From Mytilus californianus (Eukaryota): a DNA stretch of 64,000 bases. The DNA lies in contig NW_026262593.1 of assembly GCF_021869535.1 (NCBI RefSeq), positions 32,054,001 to 32,118,000 of the forward strand. The letters run 5' to 3'. Shown piece after piece: positions 48,573 to 62,734 of the stretch. The stretch's first letter is position 1. Every line of letters begins with the position of its first letter. The notes beneath the pieces were generated by a model that was not told the origin of the DNA, did no database searches, and was given only the letters and a program-made list of their open reading frames with translations. The translations under genes were made by a program, and so were the position numbers.

Positions 48573-49933
48573 CGAAATATCCCGGAAAACTACATTTAAC
48601 AGAAAAACTCTATCCAATGCGAATCTAAATTATTTCGAATAATACTAGGATCATAGAAATCATTTGCAAAGATTAAAAACAAAACATGTTTGTAAAACTA
48701 ATATTTTGAAATCCGTTTAATCATACATTTCTGATTATGAGGTATCATCGAACAAGCAAAAATGAATAATGTTTGCCTGCTGTGTATTCAATATTGCTTG
48801 TGGGATCATAACTCTCATGGAATATAATTTCTCAATGTAAACATTGGTTTCAAGGAATCAAAAGGAAATGTTTCAATTACCTGTTGTAATAATGGGATAA
48901 AACGATTAAACTATTCAATATAATGCAATCCAAATATACATCTAAGCATGAAGAATAGAGAATTCATTTAATTATTTATTCTTTTTAAAGCTGGGTCAAC
49001 TTCAGATTAAAACAAAATCAAAACACTTTTGTTTTTTTTTTTAAATATAAACGGAAGAGTAGAAGCAGTTCAAAATTTTTTGTTACCGATTTCATTTACA
49101 TTAAATTGGATTGTTGTGTAAACATGTATTTGTCTTTCATTATGAAGATGCTATTAAGCAGCCATTGCATACGAGTCTGTTTAGATTATTGACGTAAGAT
49201 GAGATTCAAACATTTAACCTAAACGAGATAAAATAGGAAGCATCTACCGTGTACATCTAAGAAGGGGATCTGGGATATCCCCCGAACTTCATGATAATCA
49301 GATTACTATCAACTGGCTCCGTCTCACAAGAAAAAGAAAGTAGGAGAGTTGTACTCTTACTGTCAAAACCTTCCTAATTACATCACTTTGGTCTTCTTCC
49401 AACCGGCAGTAAAACCCTTGCCGAAGTGGTGCGTTCGTGTTATGAAATCATGACAAATGTTATATAATTATGTTACAGGCATTTTTTTTAATTTAGGCAA
49501 ATTTTCTGGCAATTTATAAAATCCTTAACCTTGACAGGCATTATATACAACGACTAAAAATACTAAGTCATTTTGTAAAATGAATGAATTTTGTAACAAA
49601 GTTCAGGTTATTTGTAAAACACTATATGTCATTGGGATACATGACCAAAAAGGTGGCAAAAAACAATATCTGGCAAGTAAAAAAATCCAATGGTTCAGAA
49701 AAATTTCGTTTATGATTCAGATTCCAGCAGGTTAATAGATATAAGAAGATGTGGTATGAGTGCCAATGAGACAACTCTCCATCCAAGTCACAATTTGTAA
49801 AAGTAAACCATTATAGGTCAAGGTAAAGTTTGTATGTCTATATAATTAGTTGTCACAGTGAAACTACGGAAGTATGTAGTCACAGATGGTCATTTTGATA
49901 TGATATTCTTATCATTTGGGAAGAGGATTGTTC

Positions 49934-50213
49934 TAAGGGGACGACCATTTGGTTTTTTGGGGGCCTGGAAGATTTTGAAAATGAATATCATGGCCTGGTA
50001 ACAGCTGAACATCAATAACCTTGAATAAAACAAAATGAAAATGTTCTGCAACCCAAAATGCAGGAACATTACTGTGTACAAAAGTGAAAATTAATTTTCG
50101 CGCGGTTTTGCAAAAACAAAATAAGCATACATAGCAACAGATGAAAATGAATAGTCATTCCGCAAAAAAACCACCCCCACCCCCGAACAGAATATCAAAT
50201 TGTCGTCCCCTTA
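49934..50213. mobile_element. MITE, 18-bp TIR including terminal TA
   Basis: TAAGGGGACGACCATTTG ... CAAATTGTCGTCCCCTTA (17/18 match). Confidence 0.8.
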
Positions 50214-50349
50214 CAATAAAAAGAAAATATAAACAAAAAAGAAAATATAAATTCAAAACAGAAGTATGTTATATGCAGCAACAAAAATATGAACATTTTC
50301 ATTGATTGATTATTGTTTATTTTACGTCCAGTAGGACGAAACTTTTATA

Positions 50350-50860
50350 AAAAAAGAAGAGCAGTTTGCAAATTACGTGTATCTGCTCATAAGCTTCAAA
50401 TTGAATTTGGCCGTTTTTCAAATATTCACGAAATGAAAAAAATTGCAAAAAATGCTCATCTGGCTGTGTTGAAGATGAAATACATTTTTTAACTTCATGT
50501 GAAAAATTTAACTTTGATAGATGCTCTCTTTGACTTTGTTTGCCAAAAAATTCCAAACTTTTCTATACTGGACAATCAGCAAAAATTATAATTCATTTAT
50601 TAAGCTGTCAAGACAATCAGGTCCTTAATGCTGTTGGAAAATTTATTAAAGTCAATATGAGTTAGATCTATTTATTGTTCATGTAACTATATTATATATA
50701 TACTATCATGAAACCAAGGGCTTTATTACAGTCGGCTAATTGTATTGTGATTGTATATTTAAATTCTATGTATCTATGCTAATCAATGTTCTTTTTCCTT
50801 ATACATGCTCTATATATGCCCCTTGTGAGCCCTTAATTGCTAATAAAATATGTTCTTGTC
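50350..50860 (+). mobile_element. 5'-truncated non-LTR retrotransposon end (RTE-X/L2-type C-terminal zinc knuckle plus 3' UTR)
   Basis: RRAVCKLRVSAHKLQIEFGRF...CKKCSSGCVEDEIHFLTSC (CCHC), followed by a 3' UTR ending aataaaatatgttcttgtc. Confidence 0.7.
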
Positions 50861-51720
50861 ATTTATCTGAGACAGTATACTATTTCCAGCATTTGCCCCT
50901 AATAGGGACTTGGTAAGCGGCGCGATATGATATATATATATAAATAATTGTAGTTTTATTTTGTTTTTCCTATTTGCCGTCTATTAACATGATTTGTATC
51001 TTAAAGTTTGCCCCAATATTTGTATGTTTACTAACAATTCAATTTCAATATCTGTTCATATAGCTTATCATATCTGATCATATAGATACTGCTACATTTA
51101 TTTTAATTTTTTGCGGGAAAATGATAGTCTCCCTTGAATTTATAACGAATGAAGAATCGGCTCTCAAAATCATACTATGGATCATTTAACAACTTGTGAA
51201 AAGCGTTGTGTATTGTTTTATCAATGTGTATTCCATGGTTTTCGTTTTTAATGGCCGACATTGCATTTAATAACATAAGGTATTGGTAATTTTCAAGGTG
51301 TACGATCCCCTGCATGCGAATCCAGCATTTGAAAAAAGGGGGAGGGCAGACTAGGCAACGTTAGGTTTAGTTTAAACATATTTCATTTGCAAAAGTAGCA
51401 AAAGGGAGGACACAAGTTATAACAACATTAGTGACGTACTCTCGGACCTCTCCCTATACAAATATAAACACAAAATACATTTGATAATGACAAAAACATA
51501 GTAGATCTAGTAGGAATGCACCTAATACAAATTATATTAATATGATATGAAATATTAGATAAGACTGGACTGGGGTGAAGTGTGAGAAAGTAGGAAATCA
51601 GAATTGAATAAAGCTCCATAAAGAGTCATAAAGGAGCAGACACTTGGGCTCCTAAATCCTTCTCTGAATTTGAATTAATAAGAACATTGGCTATATGTAT
51701 CAGACGAGAGACATATAATA

Positions 51721-52160
51721 CAGGGAAAACGGTACTATTGATTCTGCCATAGGCGACAATACTAACATTTTCTAAATTTACCACTTTTTATAATAAAAAC
51801 CTGGATAAAACAGTTATGTGTGGTGTTAGAACTTTATTATTCTATTTTAAAAATTGAAGCCAAATAGTATCATGACCAATTTCCAACGGAGCTTGTTTAT
51901 GTTATCCATGCCCACCGTCATTTTACACCAAATTTATGAAATTTTGGAAGCCTTTTCGAATAATTCTCTAGAAAATATTTCAATAGGTTTTAAAATTTAT
52001 ATTGTAAATATACACACTGCAGTTATTCATAGATAAATAAAAAAATATATTGTACCCTTACATCCATACACAGCGCTCCTAATTTGACTTCCTTCACCTG
52101 CCTTGGGTACAGAAAAGGCCAACCTAATGCTGAGAAAATGTAATAGTACCGTTTTCCCTA
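51721..52160. mobile_element. 440-bp MITE copy 1 (TIR gggaaaacggtacta / tagtaccgttttccc, TA-flanked)
   Basis: TIRs are seen directly; the copy is nearly identical to 53390-53829. Confidence 0.85.
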
Positions 52161-53389
52161 TACTGTGACATTAAGATATAAAGAATTCTTATGACACCAT
52201 TAATGCAATACTGGGTTATTGTGAAAACCTTGGCTATAATAAATACTTGTATGTCCCCATTACTTAAAAGAAACATGGATCATTTTATGTCCCCACCCCT
52301 ACATGCTGGTTTACCTCTTTCTCTACTTCTTTCATAAAGGCTTAATAAACAACCTGTATAAAATCATATCTTATCTTTTAAAAAAAAAAATATAAAGAGT
52401 TCCATTTAAACAGATAAAAATGACCATTCCATTTAATTTGTATTCATTTTATCCAAAATTTACAACATAAGTACAAATTCAAGATTTTTCATACTAATCT
52501 CCATTCCATGCTTTAGTATATGCCATATTGTGGTTCAAAATTTCAGAGCTTGTTATAAAATCCATTATTCTGTCTTGAGATTATAAAAACAAAGATATTA
52601 GACACTTAAAACATTAAATATGCAAAATACTCAGCTGTAAAGTTGCCTTTGTTGCCTGTATTAATCTATGAAAAAGTAGAATTATGTCCCTTGGGAGTAT
52701 TGATTTCCAACAAAAATCCTTTCAAACAGAAGAAAATGAAAAATAATATATGCCTGATATAATAAAAGATAGAAACTACAAAATGAAGCACTATTGAAAT
52801 ATTTGCTGCATGAATTGCCAAGAATGTGAACAATTCGTTACACAGGATAGCATAAATTCTATCTAAATTTATCCTCAAGTGGGCCTCTTTTTTTCTTAAA
52901 TGGACAATTTCAACACTGAAAATGCTTCTAGTATGACCAAATATTGCCTAACCCCATAAACAGTACAAACTTAACCCGACAATTTGCCATTTTAATAGAT
53001 TATGTCTAGAGAAATACCCAAGTGATACATTCAGGGAATTACACAGCAAAAGAGGCAAATATTTCAGTTAAAAATATTTGTCGCGACTTGAATGCTGGTG
53101 TTTTCAATTGAATTAATCATTGCGAAAGGTGAAAACAACTACAAAAGAACTATAGTTTGGTGCATTTTATACAATATAGTTAATATTGAAATCCTAGAAT
53201 AAAGTTTTATATCAGTACCCATCAATTTGACTTATTATTATGACTCCCCACTTTTCTCAACACAGTATTGTTCTCAGTTAAAAAATTCTATTCTTTGTGA
53301 TAAAAATCAAATGTACTTATCAAATGCTTCAAAATAGTAAAATATGACTGAAGTCTGCTTGATTTTGATTTCCCTTGCTATCTTGAGTA

Positions 53390-53829
53390 TAGGGAAAACG
53401 GTACTATTTATTCTGCCATAGGCGACAATACTAACATTTTCTAAATTTACCACTTTTTATAATAAAAACCTGGATAAAACAGTTATGTGTGGTGTTAGAA
53501 CTTTATTATTCTATTTTAAAAATTGAAGCCAAATAGTATCATGACCAATTTCCAACGGAGCTTGTTTATGTTATCCATGCCCACCGTCATTTTACACCAA
53601 ATTTATGAAATTTTGGAAGCCTTTTCGAATAATTCTCTAGAAAATATTTCAATAGGTTTTAAAATTTATATTGTAAATATACACACTGCAGTTATTCATA
53701 GATAAATAAAAAAATATATACTACCCTTACATCCATTCACAGCGCTCCTAATTTGACTTCCTTCACCTGCCTTGGGTACACAAAAGGCCAACCTAATGCT
53801 GGAAAAATGTAATAGTACCGTTTTCCCTA
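53390..53829. mobile_element. 440-bp MITE copy 2
   Basis: Same TIRs; ORF 53523-53705 is identical to 51854-52036. Confidence 0.85.
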
Positions 53830-54150
53830 CATATTAAATATTATACTTGTTTCTGATCAGACATAATAAAAACTTAATAGGATCACAAATGAAATCATGA
53901 AAGAGTATGGTTATAATTTCAACATTTTATCATTTCAAACAGTTGAAATGCTAATCAATACATGAAGGTTGCATTTATCTCCCCTTTTTATTTTTGGTAT
54001 TTTTTTTCTCTCAGTCTCGCATGTTCTAGGAATAGTCAACATTTAATAATTTCATCAATTATATTACCTATTGGTTTCATTAATCATTACATATTTCTCA
54101 GTCAGGGGTAAAATTTTATTTGAGAGGGTGAAAATTTACTCTTATGTACA

Positions 54151-54272
54151 GACAAACCTGTGCACCTAGAAAAGTTTTAAGGCATAAAATTTAATTGCAT
54201 TTCATATTTCAGAAAATTGAAAATTAAATTCGAATTTGAAACTTAAAACTTTTCCAGGTGCACAAGTTTGTC
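54151..54272. repeat. Short foldback with 31-bp arms
   Basis: gacaaacctgtgcacctagaaaagttttaag and cttaaaacttttccaggtgcacaagtttgtc match at 29/31 as inverted repeats. Confidence 0.8.
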
Positions 54273-54661
54273 AGCACGTATTCATAGCAAATTTTGTGGT
54301 ATAAACAAGGTCATATATTTTAATTCCTCCCGATGAACCTTAAAATTATGACGTTAACATTTATATTTTACTCCATTTGACTACTCAAATGCTACTCTGA
54401 TGTTTTATCATGTATAATCATGATAGTGTGATGGTAATTCACCAAAAATATTAAAATACATCAAGCATTCAAAGAGTAAAAAGTAAAAATAAAGAAAACA
54501 CTTTACTAGAAAAATGCATACAATAAAGGGAGTTAATAATCTTATCTGTCAAATTTTGATGGCTATTGGCTTAACCATGTTAACAGAGAGTGCGAAAGGC
54601 TCAAATCCCATGGTAACATGATATTGTATACCCCAAATTCCCTGCTGGAATCAATCCATTT

Positions 54662-55212
54662 TGATTTGTTATACCCTTGCTTCAAAGGAGAGGGAATACA
54701 CTATTTTACCCCTGTCTGTCTGTCCGTCCATCTGTACGTCTGTCAGTCACATGAAATTTTCTTCACATTTGTCCTTAACTATTTATCAAATCTTCCAGAA
54801 ATTCGATATCAAGCTTTTTGTGAGCATGCTATTCTTTATGATGTGTTTTCAAATTCATCACTCCTCAGCTTCCTGTTTTCTGAATACATTTTAGGTCTAA
54901 CAAATAACGGCCATTTTAATAAGTATGAAATTACCAAAGTACAAGAAAAACCTAACAATTTTTGTTATCAAATTTAATGTGAACATTCTATATTGTGTGA
55001 CAAGTTTCCTGATATTCCTCACTTATTAACTTCCTGTTTACAGAATACTTACAATTCTAACACATATTAATGGCCAGAAATGGAATTTTGTCACATTTTT
55101 CTAAGAAACTACAAATAAGAGCATGCCTGAAATTTGTTATCTCAGCCTCCTGTTAATTGAGAACTTAAAACTGGGGTAACATTAGACTTAGTGAGCAATG
55201 GCTCACATTTTT
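54662..55212 (+). mobile_element. HINE/DINE-1-like (non-autonomous Helentron) element
   Basis: T-rich start, GTCT/GTCC microsatellite, internal repeated blocks, and a terminal hairpin gtgagc-aatg-gctcac followed by T-rich sequence. Confidence 0.55.
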
Positions 55213-55314
55213 CTTGTTTTTATAGGGAACTTGATTTCAGAAATGTAAATTTTTAACTTGAAAGTAATTACAACTATATAGGCAGATTCACTTTTGTCAT
55301 TTTTACAGAGCATT

Positions 55315-56285
55315 ATGGCAGATAAAGTTAACAGACAACAGAGGGCGGTATCAAAGACAACTGTCAACACTAGTAACACTAGAGCAACATCAAAAACAAC
55401 TGAAAAATCTGTTCTTACAACCAGCAGTCAACAAAATGGTGCTCCACGCAAACCTATCCTCAAAAATGGCGGGGAAAAGAAAGATCAGAAGAAGGAAAAT
55501 GATCATGGTAAACTTTGATATGGAGAGATAGTACAAATAAGCATTTTATCACTTGCATCTCTATGAAATTAAAATAGAGGGAGATGTCATATAATTGCAA
55601 ATGTGACAGCTACCCACCATTGATTCCTTCAATCCCTAACACCTGCAGTTCCAAGGCAAAAATGAAAATATTATATCAGATAAATATAGATTCTACCACT
55701 GCATACGATATTTATCCACTCAAGACAGTTAAATTTTCAAATTTAAAAGCGAGGCTTGCCGAGCGTTTTAAATATTTAAAATTTAACTGTCGAGAGTGGA
55801 TAAATATCATATTACACGAGATTTGGTGGTGGAATCTGTTTCTCTAATGATTTTCAAACAATACGCAGGCAAATTTATTCCTTCTTTTCGAATGATCTGC
55901 AAAAAGATGTGTTCTTTTAATGTGACGTCATCAGGCATGGTCGCCTTTTTTCATGCCGTCACAATAGGAAATTCAGAGGAAAGCAAGAAAATTCGATGCA
56001 TAATCGGATTTTAACCAATGAAGAACTGAGATCAAACGAACCACACGTTGATTAAATTTTTTTATACAATGGGTGCAGAAAGGGATAAATTGACGAAGAA
56101 TTAGAGAACTACATTTAATAACTTGTTACTGTAAAACCAGAAATTATATTGTGTGCATTTATAATATTTTGATTTTTGAAGAATGAACAAAAATACAAGT
56201 TTAATTATTACCATTTAAGGAAATGCTACATATACAGATATATATATGGTTTGAACGTTGTTTTCAATTTAGACTTGTTTATATA

Positions 56286-56328
<43 letters not shown>

Positions 56329-59300
56329 TATATCAAAATATTGCGATACTCAAGAGTCCCATTATTTGCATTAATAAAATCCTTGCAATAATTTCTGCAT
56401 ATACAGTATATTAAACATTGTTAAAATTGGAACTAGGAAAAAGTAAATTTCATTTTAAAACACTGGCAATATAAGGATGATAGACAGGAAAATATATATC
56501 CCTGCCATTAGTTATAATAGCTCCTATTTAAAAGCATGTTTAGTGGCACTCCTCAATGAAGAATTAACAGATGTATTTTTCTTTTTTTTAATTGTTTAAC
56601 ATTTTTCATGTTGTGACCTTTTAAAGATGACTACAGTATGAGTTTTACTCATTGTTGAAGGCTGTACAGTGACCTATAATTGCTTATATCTTCGTTGTTT
56701 GAACACTGGTGGATAGTTGTCTCATTGGCAATCATACAACATCTCCTTATTTTTATATTGATACAATATTGGTGAAATAAAAACAGTAATAAGACAAACA
56801 AGTCCAATTCACAAAACTCTACAAAGAAACCTGAAAAGGGGCAAAATGAACACCACCAAAACTGGGGATGAACTCAGCAACACTAAGGTATTTAAATGTT
56901 TATGTGCCATTGAAACCAGAAACAACATGCTATGCAATTAAAATAAAGAATACTCAGAATAACACTAATACACAAAATGTAAATGTCAGTGATCCATATG
57001 CATTATATATCAATTTGTTTTACTAAAAGTCTATCTTTGAGCCAATATATGACACATTGCACCTTTTTTACTTAACATTGAAAATAGTAAATATAGATAG
57101 AACTACAGATAAGCATAAAGCCTAATTAAGGGTTATATGATATGTAAGATAGTTTCCCAGGTTAGTCTCAGTCAGAGTCGGGTGTGGATCCAGGATTTTG
57201 GAAAAAAAGGGGGGATGGGGGTCATCAACAGGGCCTGGCAAGCCAAAGTTTGGAGTGATACTTGTAAAGAATCCATGCATTTATCATATTTGAAGCTCTA
57301 AAAGGAGGGGCTCTGGGCTCCCCTAGCTATGTTTGAGAATATATCAATAGTTTTTATGCCACCGCTGTAGCAGAGGGGGCATTAAGTTTTACCCTTGTCC
57401 GTCTGTACGTCTGTACGTTCCTACGTCGGTACGTCCAAAATTGGTTTCCGTTCTCTAACTTTAGTTTGCCTCAACCAAATGTTATGAAACTTATACACAA
57501 TGCTTATTACCACAAAACTCAGATCAAGTATCTCGAGTTATGTCCCTTTATAACGTTATATGCAAGCGGGGGCATCATCTGTGTCCCATGGACACATTCC
57601 CCATTTATTTTTAAAATATCAGTATTTATGCTTATAAAACAACAAAAAGATATGCTCTTTCTGATTTTTGTTTCTATTTATAGAACCACAGAGAGAACTA
57701 GAAAACCCTTCTCATACAAATCAGAATAAATTTGATGAAGTACTCAAACTTAACAAAAACAAATTGCAAGTTTTGGAAAAAAATGAGTTCTTTGACAAAT
57801 TGAGAGATATTAATCTTGAAATAGAAGTTAAAGAAGATCTTGTAATGATGAGAGGTAAAGTCCAACAGAGTATTGATGAAGCTAGGTACCAGATAGATAA
57901 ACAATGTAAACAGGTGGTTACCAGGCTAGATAATATTGGAAATATCCGATCAAAATTTCTGAGGAAACCAGAAGTGGCAGAATATGTAAATTTTATTCTT
58001 TTGCATGAAAGAGTTATGTGCTCTTGGGAAGTAAATGATAAAGTTTTTGATTTATTAGTGTTTGCACCATCACAAGATGTTGCTGTAGAGGGTTCAAAGG
58101 TCATCAAGGATTGTATCCAAACAATAGAGATTGAAAATGAACAGTTTGAATTTACAGAGTTAAAACAGTTTCTCCAAGATAATAATAAAGTATCTGCTGT
58201 GCCACGTAAAAAGAAAGGGGATACAGTTCTGGTGATGACAAACGATCAATTTGTGCGATATCAGAGAATATTTAGTTCGTCCCCAGGTCCTGAAGATGGT
58301 ACTGTCCAGATACTCAATGTTCCTTTGCCGGGATGGAAATTAGAATACTTTCAAAAATTTTCCGATTTGAAGCTGAAGGCTTTGTGCCATTTGTACAAAG
58401 TTGACCATAATTTTTTAGACAATCATATTGAATTGCATGGAAAAGATCCTAGTATTGTCAAAACTGATGTTGAAAGAATGGCAAATGAGCTGTTTATTTC
58501 ATTAGATCATACATTTGGCAATACACAGCATTTAACTAAAGCTGTACAAGAAAAATGTGTCCAACTGGGAAAGCAAAAACATTGCATCATCAGTATAGAC
58601 AACAAAGCACGTCTCCATTCTGGTTGGCTAGGTAACCATAGAGATGCTATGATGCACATTATGACAATGGTTGGTCCAGTGGAGACAAGTGAATGTGATG
58701 TTCTTATTTGTCCTGTGACAACAAATCTGGAACCATTTGGCTGTGGCAAAGACATATTTAGAAAAGGTAACCTTCATATTACTGTGGATTCATTTATTTT
58801 CGTGGGTATCAATTTTCGTGGATTGCGAAAAACTTGCATTTTCGTGGATATCTGATTTTGTGGTTTAGCCAATCTCTGCATACAAAGCCTATAGAAAATT
58901 TGTAATTCGTTGAACATTTGAATTCGTGGTTCACCTGTACCCACGAAACCCACGAAAATTGGTATCCAACGAATAATAATGAATCCACAGTATATCTACA
59001 ATATGTTAAAAGTTTGAATAGAATCTCTGTTTTCCTGCTGAGGTCCAGTTACTCAAGCTTCCTCAACCAATAAAAACTGGCTGATCTGATGAAGCCAATA
59101 GTGCTGAAAGTGGCATTAAACACCAACAATCAATCAATCAATCATTTAATAGTAACTGGTCGTTGCTATAATTTCATGTATTACCAATGAAAAGTAGATT
59201 TCACAATGAGGGCACACAAATATGGCATTCTACATTTTGAAATAAAAAAACGGTCAGAATAATTGAGATGCTCTTTATTTTGGAACTTATGAAAGTCTTA

Positions 59301-62300
59301 TAGCAGGAACATATGGATTTCATATCAGTAAAGATACAACTGTGAAAGAGTCTGATAGTCCTTTTGAACAAAAACAAGTTAAAGTAAGGAATAAAAAAAG
59401 TATACTAAGAATAACTTTCATGTCACCTTGGTAAAAAAAATATGAAATACTTACTTTTAAAAGATATTAACTACGAAAAGCACAATCTGAAAACATTAAA
59501 TCCAAGATAAACGCAGTACACTGGCCAGACAAACAATATTACAGCACATTACTCAGGGATCTGAATATAAATCTTCTTAGGTAAAAAATGCAAGAAATTG
59601 TAATGAAAATTTAACTACTGTAAAAGTTTTAAAATGGAGGGTTACAAAACATTTATTCAGCTACATCAAGTAAATATATTTGAGATATTCTGAATCTTAG
59701 GTTCAATAAAAAGATATGCTATTATAAGTCATGTTCAAATATGTGTAAAATAGACTAATATAAACATGTCTATTCTCACAATTGTCATGTAGTTATGCTC
59801 TTAGGCATGATATGAGAGTCTCAAATGTATGGAGAATCTATTGTAAAATGATATATTACAAAAAAATGCCTTCTAAAAACACTTTTTAACAAAATTCTGA
59901 GAATAGAGCTAAGCATGCATGTTTATGGACAAAAGTCAAATTATTTCAGATCATGATTTGGAACTCTGACTAAAAGTTCATTTATTGCTCATTGTAGGTG
60001 GAAAAGCTGTTGATGCTGACATAGCAAAGCTCCTCAAAAACAGTGAAGAGACGGGAACAGCCATTGAACCAGAAGAAATCATTGTGATCCAAAATACAGG
60101 CAACCTTAAATGTCAAATGTTACTTCTCACAGTTATTCCCCCTTGGGCACGAAAACGTGATGTAACATTGTCTTTACTGTACAACTGTGCTCGTAGGATC
60201 ATTAACATTATTGCCCATACTGGGTACCGTAGCCTTGGTATACCATTAGATATTGCTGATGATTTTCCTTCTCATATGTATGCCTCCATATTGATTAACA
60301 ATTTTTGGAAATTACGGAAAAAGTTTGGACATTTTGTTCATTTGTATGGATATGCAGACACCTTAAGTACTGTAGAAGATATTGATGATTTTCTGATATC
60401 AGAAATCATCATCCTTGGTCACATGTCAAGAATTGTGTTTGATAAACATCCTCCCTTACTAACAGGTATGCATACATGTACTATCGATTGAAGTTTTCCT
60501 ATGTTAAGATTGCTAGGATGTCTAAATGTTCGTTGATAGCATTCTGACTTATCTTAAACTTCTGTAAAAAACTTATGGGTCAATTTACTTTCAAATTTCA
60601 AGATGATAACATGGGGTAACAGACTTTGTTTTTTCTTTAAAATATGTTGAAGTTAACAAAATTACAGTTATTTTGTATAAATGGGTTATATTGGAGAAAC
60701 TTAATCTTTCCTTATTGAGGAAACTTTATAGAATTTGTTACAATTCAGTGAGAAAATTGCTTTTCATAAATACTTCTGAAATATCAAATAAAAATTTGTG
60801 GTCATAAGCCTTATTGTCTTGAAAAATCAAAAAAAACAGAAATTGTCCTATCAAATTTGATTATCTCCCCTTGATTTTAAAAGGCTTTTTCTTGAAAAAT
60901 CTAATTCACTTAATGACACTTAATTTTTTAATAGTTCCAAATTTTAGATGTTTGTGATGTGTATTGGATTAAACCATAAAAAGATTTTTTGCAACATGCC
61001 CAGAACGGATGTTCATAAAAAAGACCTTGATATTCAAGCTTGTTAATGATTTTCTCATGTGTAGGTTTAACTATATTAAGTATAATCTGTAGTTCTATAT
61101 GTGCAAGAAAAATATATAATACAGATTTTCAGTTCACATATATTGGACTATCATGAACTAAACATGGCCTTCAAAGAACAGAAAAAATCTTTTTGAGTCA
61201 ACTTTGCTGAAAAGAGTTGCAACCTTAGTTTAAGTGTAAATTCAGTTACGTAATGTTAAACTCAGGCTTACGATTTACATTCCTATTACAATTTTTTATG
61301 CACAGTAAATTTTGCCTCTATATATATTTCTAAAGATGTTAATAGGGAAAAAATTTAAATGAATTTTAGATTAAATCTATAAAAAGTTTTATTCTTGTAG
61401 AGAAACAGCCATCATCCATAACAGTAAATATAGTAGAAGGATCCATTGTTGATGTGGATGACAAGGTAAAAACTAAATTCATATCAACAAATGATATTAT
61501 AGAAGTCTATACAAAAAAAACGTTTGAACGATGGCCAGACTAAGTTTGGATTGCCAAAGGATAACTTATCATTACCCATTATGATCTTATAATCTCCTTT
61601 AGGTAAAATGATGTTATAGTATCAGGGACTGAAAATTAAATTCACTGGTGTGTCTTTTGTAAACGAAAACATTCATCTGGCGTACAAAATTATAAGCCTG
61701 GTATCTATGATGTCAGAGGTTTTTTTTAAGTATTGAAATTTAATGTGTTCAGTATAAAATAAGAAGATGTTGTATAATTGCCAATTAGTCAAATATCCAA
61801 CAGAGACAATATGACGTTAATGTTAGCAACTAAAGGTCACTACCGTCTTCAACAACGAGATATTTAATCCATACCACATAGCAAGCTAAATAAGGCTTAA
61901 GAAATGTAAAATAATTCAAATGAAAAAACCAACAACTTAATTTATGTACAGAACAACAAACAAAAAACAAATAAGATATACTTTAACAAATGTCAACCAT
62001 TGAATTACAGGCTCCTGACATGTGACAGGCACATACAGAAAGAAGTTTAACTAAATTGGCTAATAAAAGGCATCTGAATTCATTGATATACACTTGTCAA
62101 ATCTATTTGCATGAAATGTGGCCATGTCACACATATGAAAGCAGGTGGAGTCTATCAAGCTAGCCAACCTGAAGAAAATAAAAGACTTTTCTATAGTCAA
62201 TAAGTTCCATGATGCATACAACGTTGTTATTTTTTTTATTAATTTATGGCAATGATATGTGTTAAAATCACTACAATATAACGTCTGTCCTAGCAATATT

Positions 62301-62734
62301 TAAAAGAACCAGTAGAAGGTACCAACATTTGGCATGGAAACTGACAACCTTTGTCAAGTAAGATCAGAGTTAAACCAACCTCGCCACGAGTTGGGTTAAA
62401 ACTCACAACCTCAATTTCGACAGGCTAGTGATCACTGTAGATGAACTACTTAGACCACTTGACCACTGACATATATAATTATATTATTTACATATTTTAG
62501 GTGGATGTTGTAGTAAATGCTACAAATCACAAAGATCTGGAGTATGGTGTAGTATCTAGACAACTTATACACAAAGCAGGTAGAGATATCATTGTACCAG
62601 AGTATCTCCAGGCCTATCCTGATGGTATAGGGGTATGTGATGTGGCAGTTACCGAGCCTGGACGTTTGAAATGTCAGAAAATATTCCATGGATGTCTCTT
62701 CGGTTGGATTATGAATGGAAGTTTGTCTGTAAAG
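55315..62734 (+). CDS. Macrodomain protein, PARP14/PARP9-like N-terminal part; gene continues beyond the window
   Basis: Exons 55315-55507, 57684-58766, 59998-60465, 61401-61465 and 62501-62734; phases 1,1,1,0,0, GT-AG, open frame. Degenerate macrodomain 1 (DVLICPVTTNL...RKGG...IQNTGNLKC). Macrodomain 2 reads VNIVEGSIVD..KVDVVVNATN..L.YGVVSRQLIHKAG...VTEPGRLKCQKIFH. No WWE or catalytic domain lies within the window. Confidence 0.8.
56280..56326. repeat. (TA)n microsatellite
   Basis: Seen directly. Confidence 0.9.
57351..57600 (+). mobile_element. HINE/DINE-1-like element
   Basis: TTTTT start, subterminal inverted repeat atgcccaccgc / gcgggggcat, (GTCC/GTCT)-like microsatellite, terminal hairpin tgtgtcc-cat-ggacaca. 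Confidence 0.7.
58782..58990. mobile_element. Tc1/mariner-type MITE with TA target duplication
   Basis: TA|CTGTGGATTCATT ... AATGAATCCACAG|TA. Confidence 0.85.
62310..62470 (-). mobile_element. Degenerate tRNA-derived SINE (same family as 805-1042)
   Basis: Shares actcacaacctca...ggctagtgat...aactacttagaccact. Confidence 0.6.

Noticed and set aside
61642-61710. Hammerhead-like remnant (CTGGTGT...GAAA)
   Set aside because: The core and stem III are broken, so it is not called as a ribozyme.
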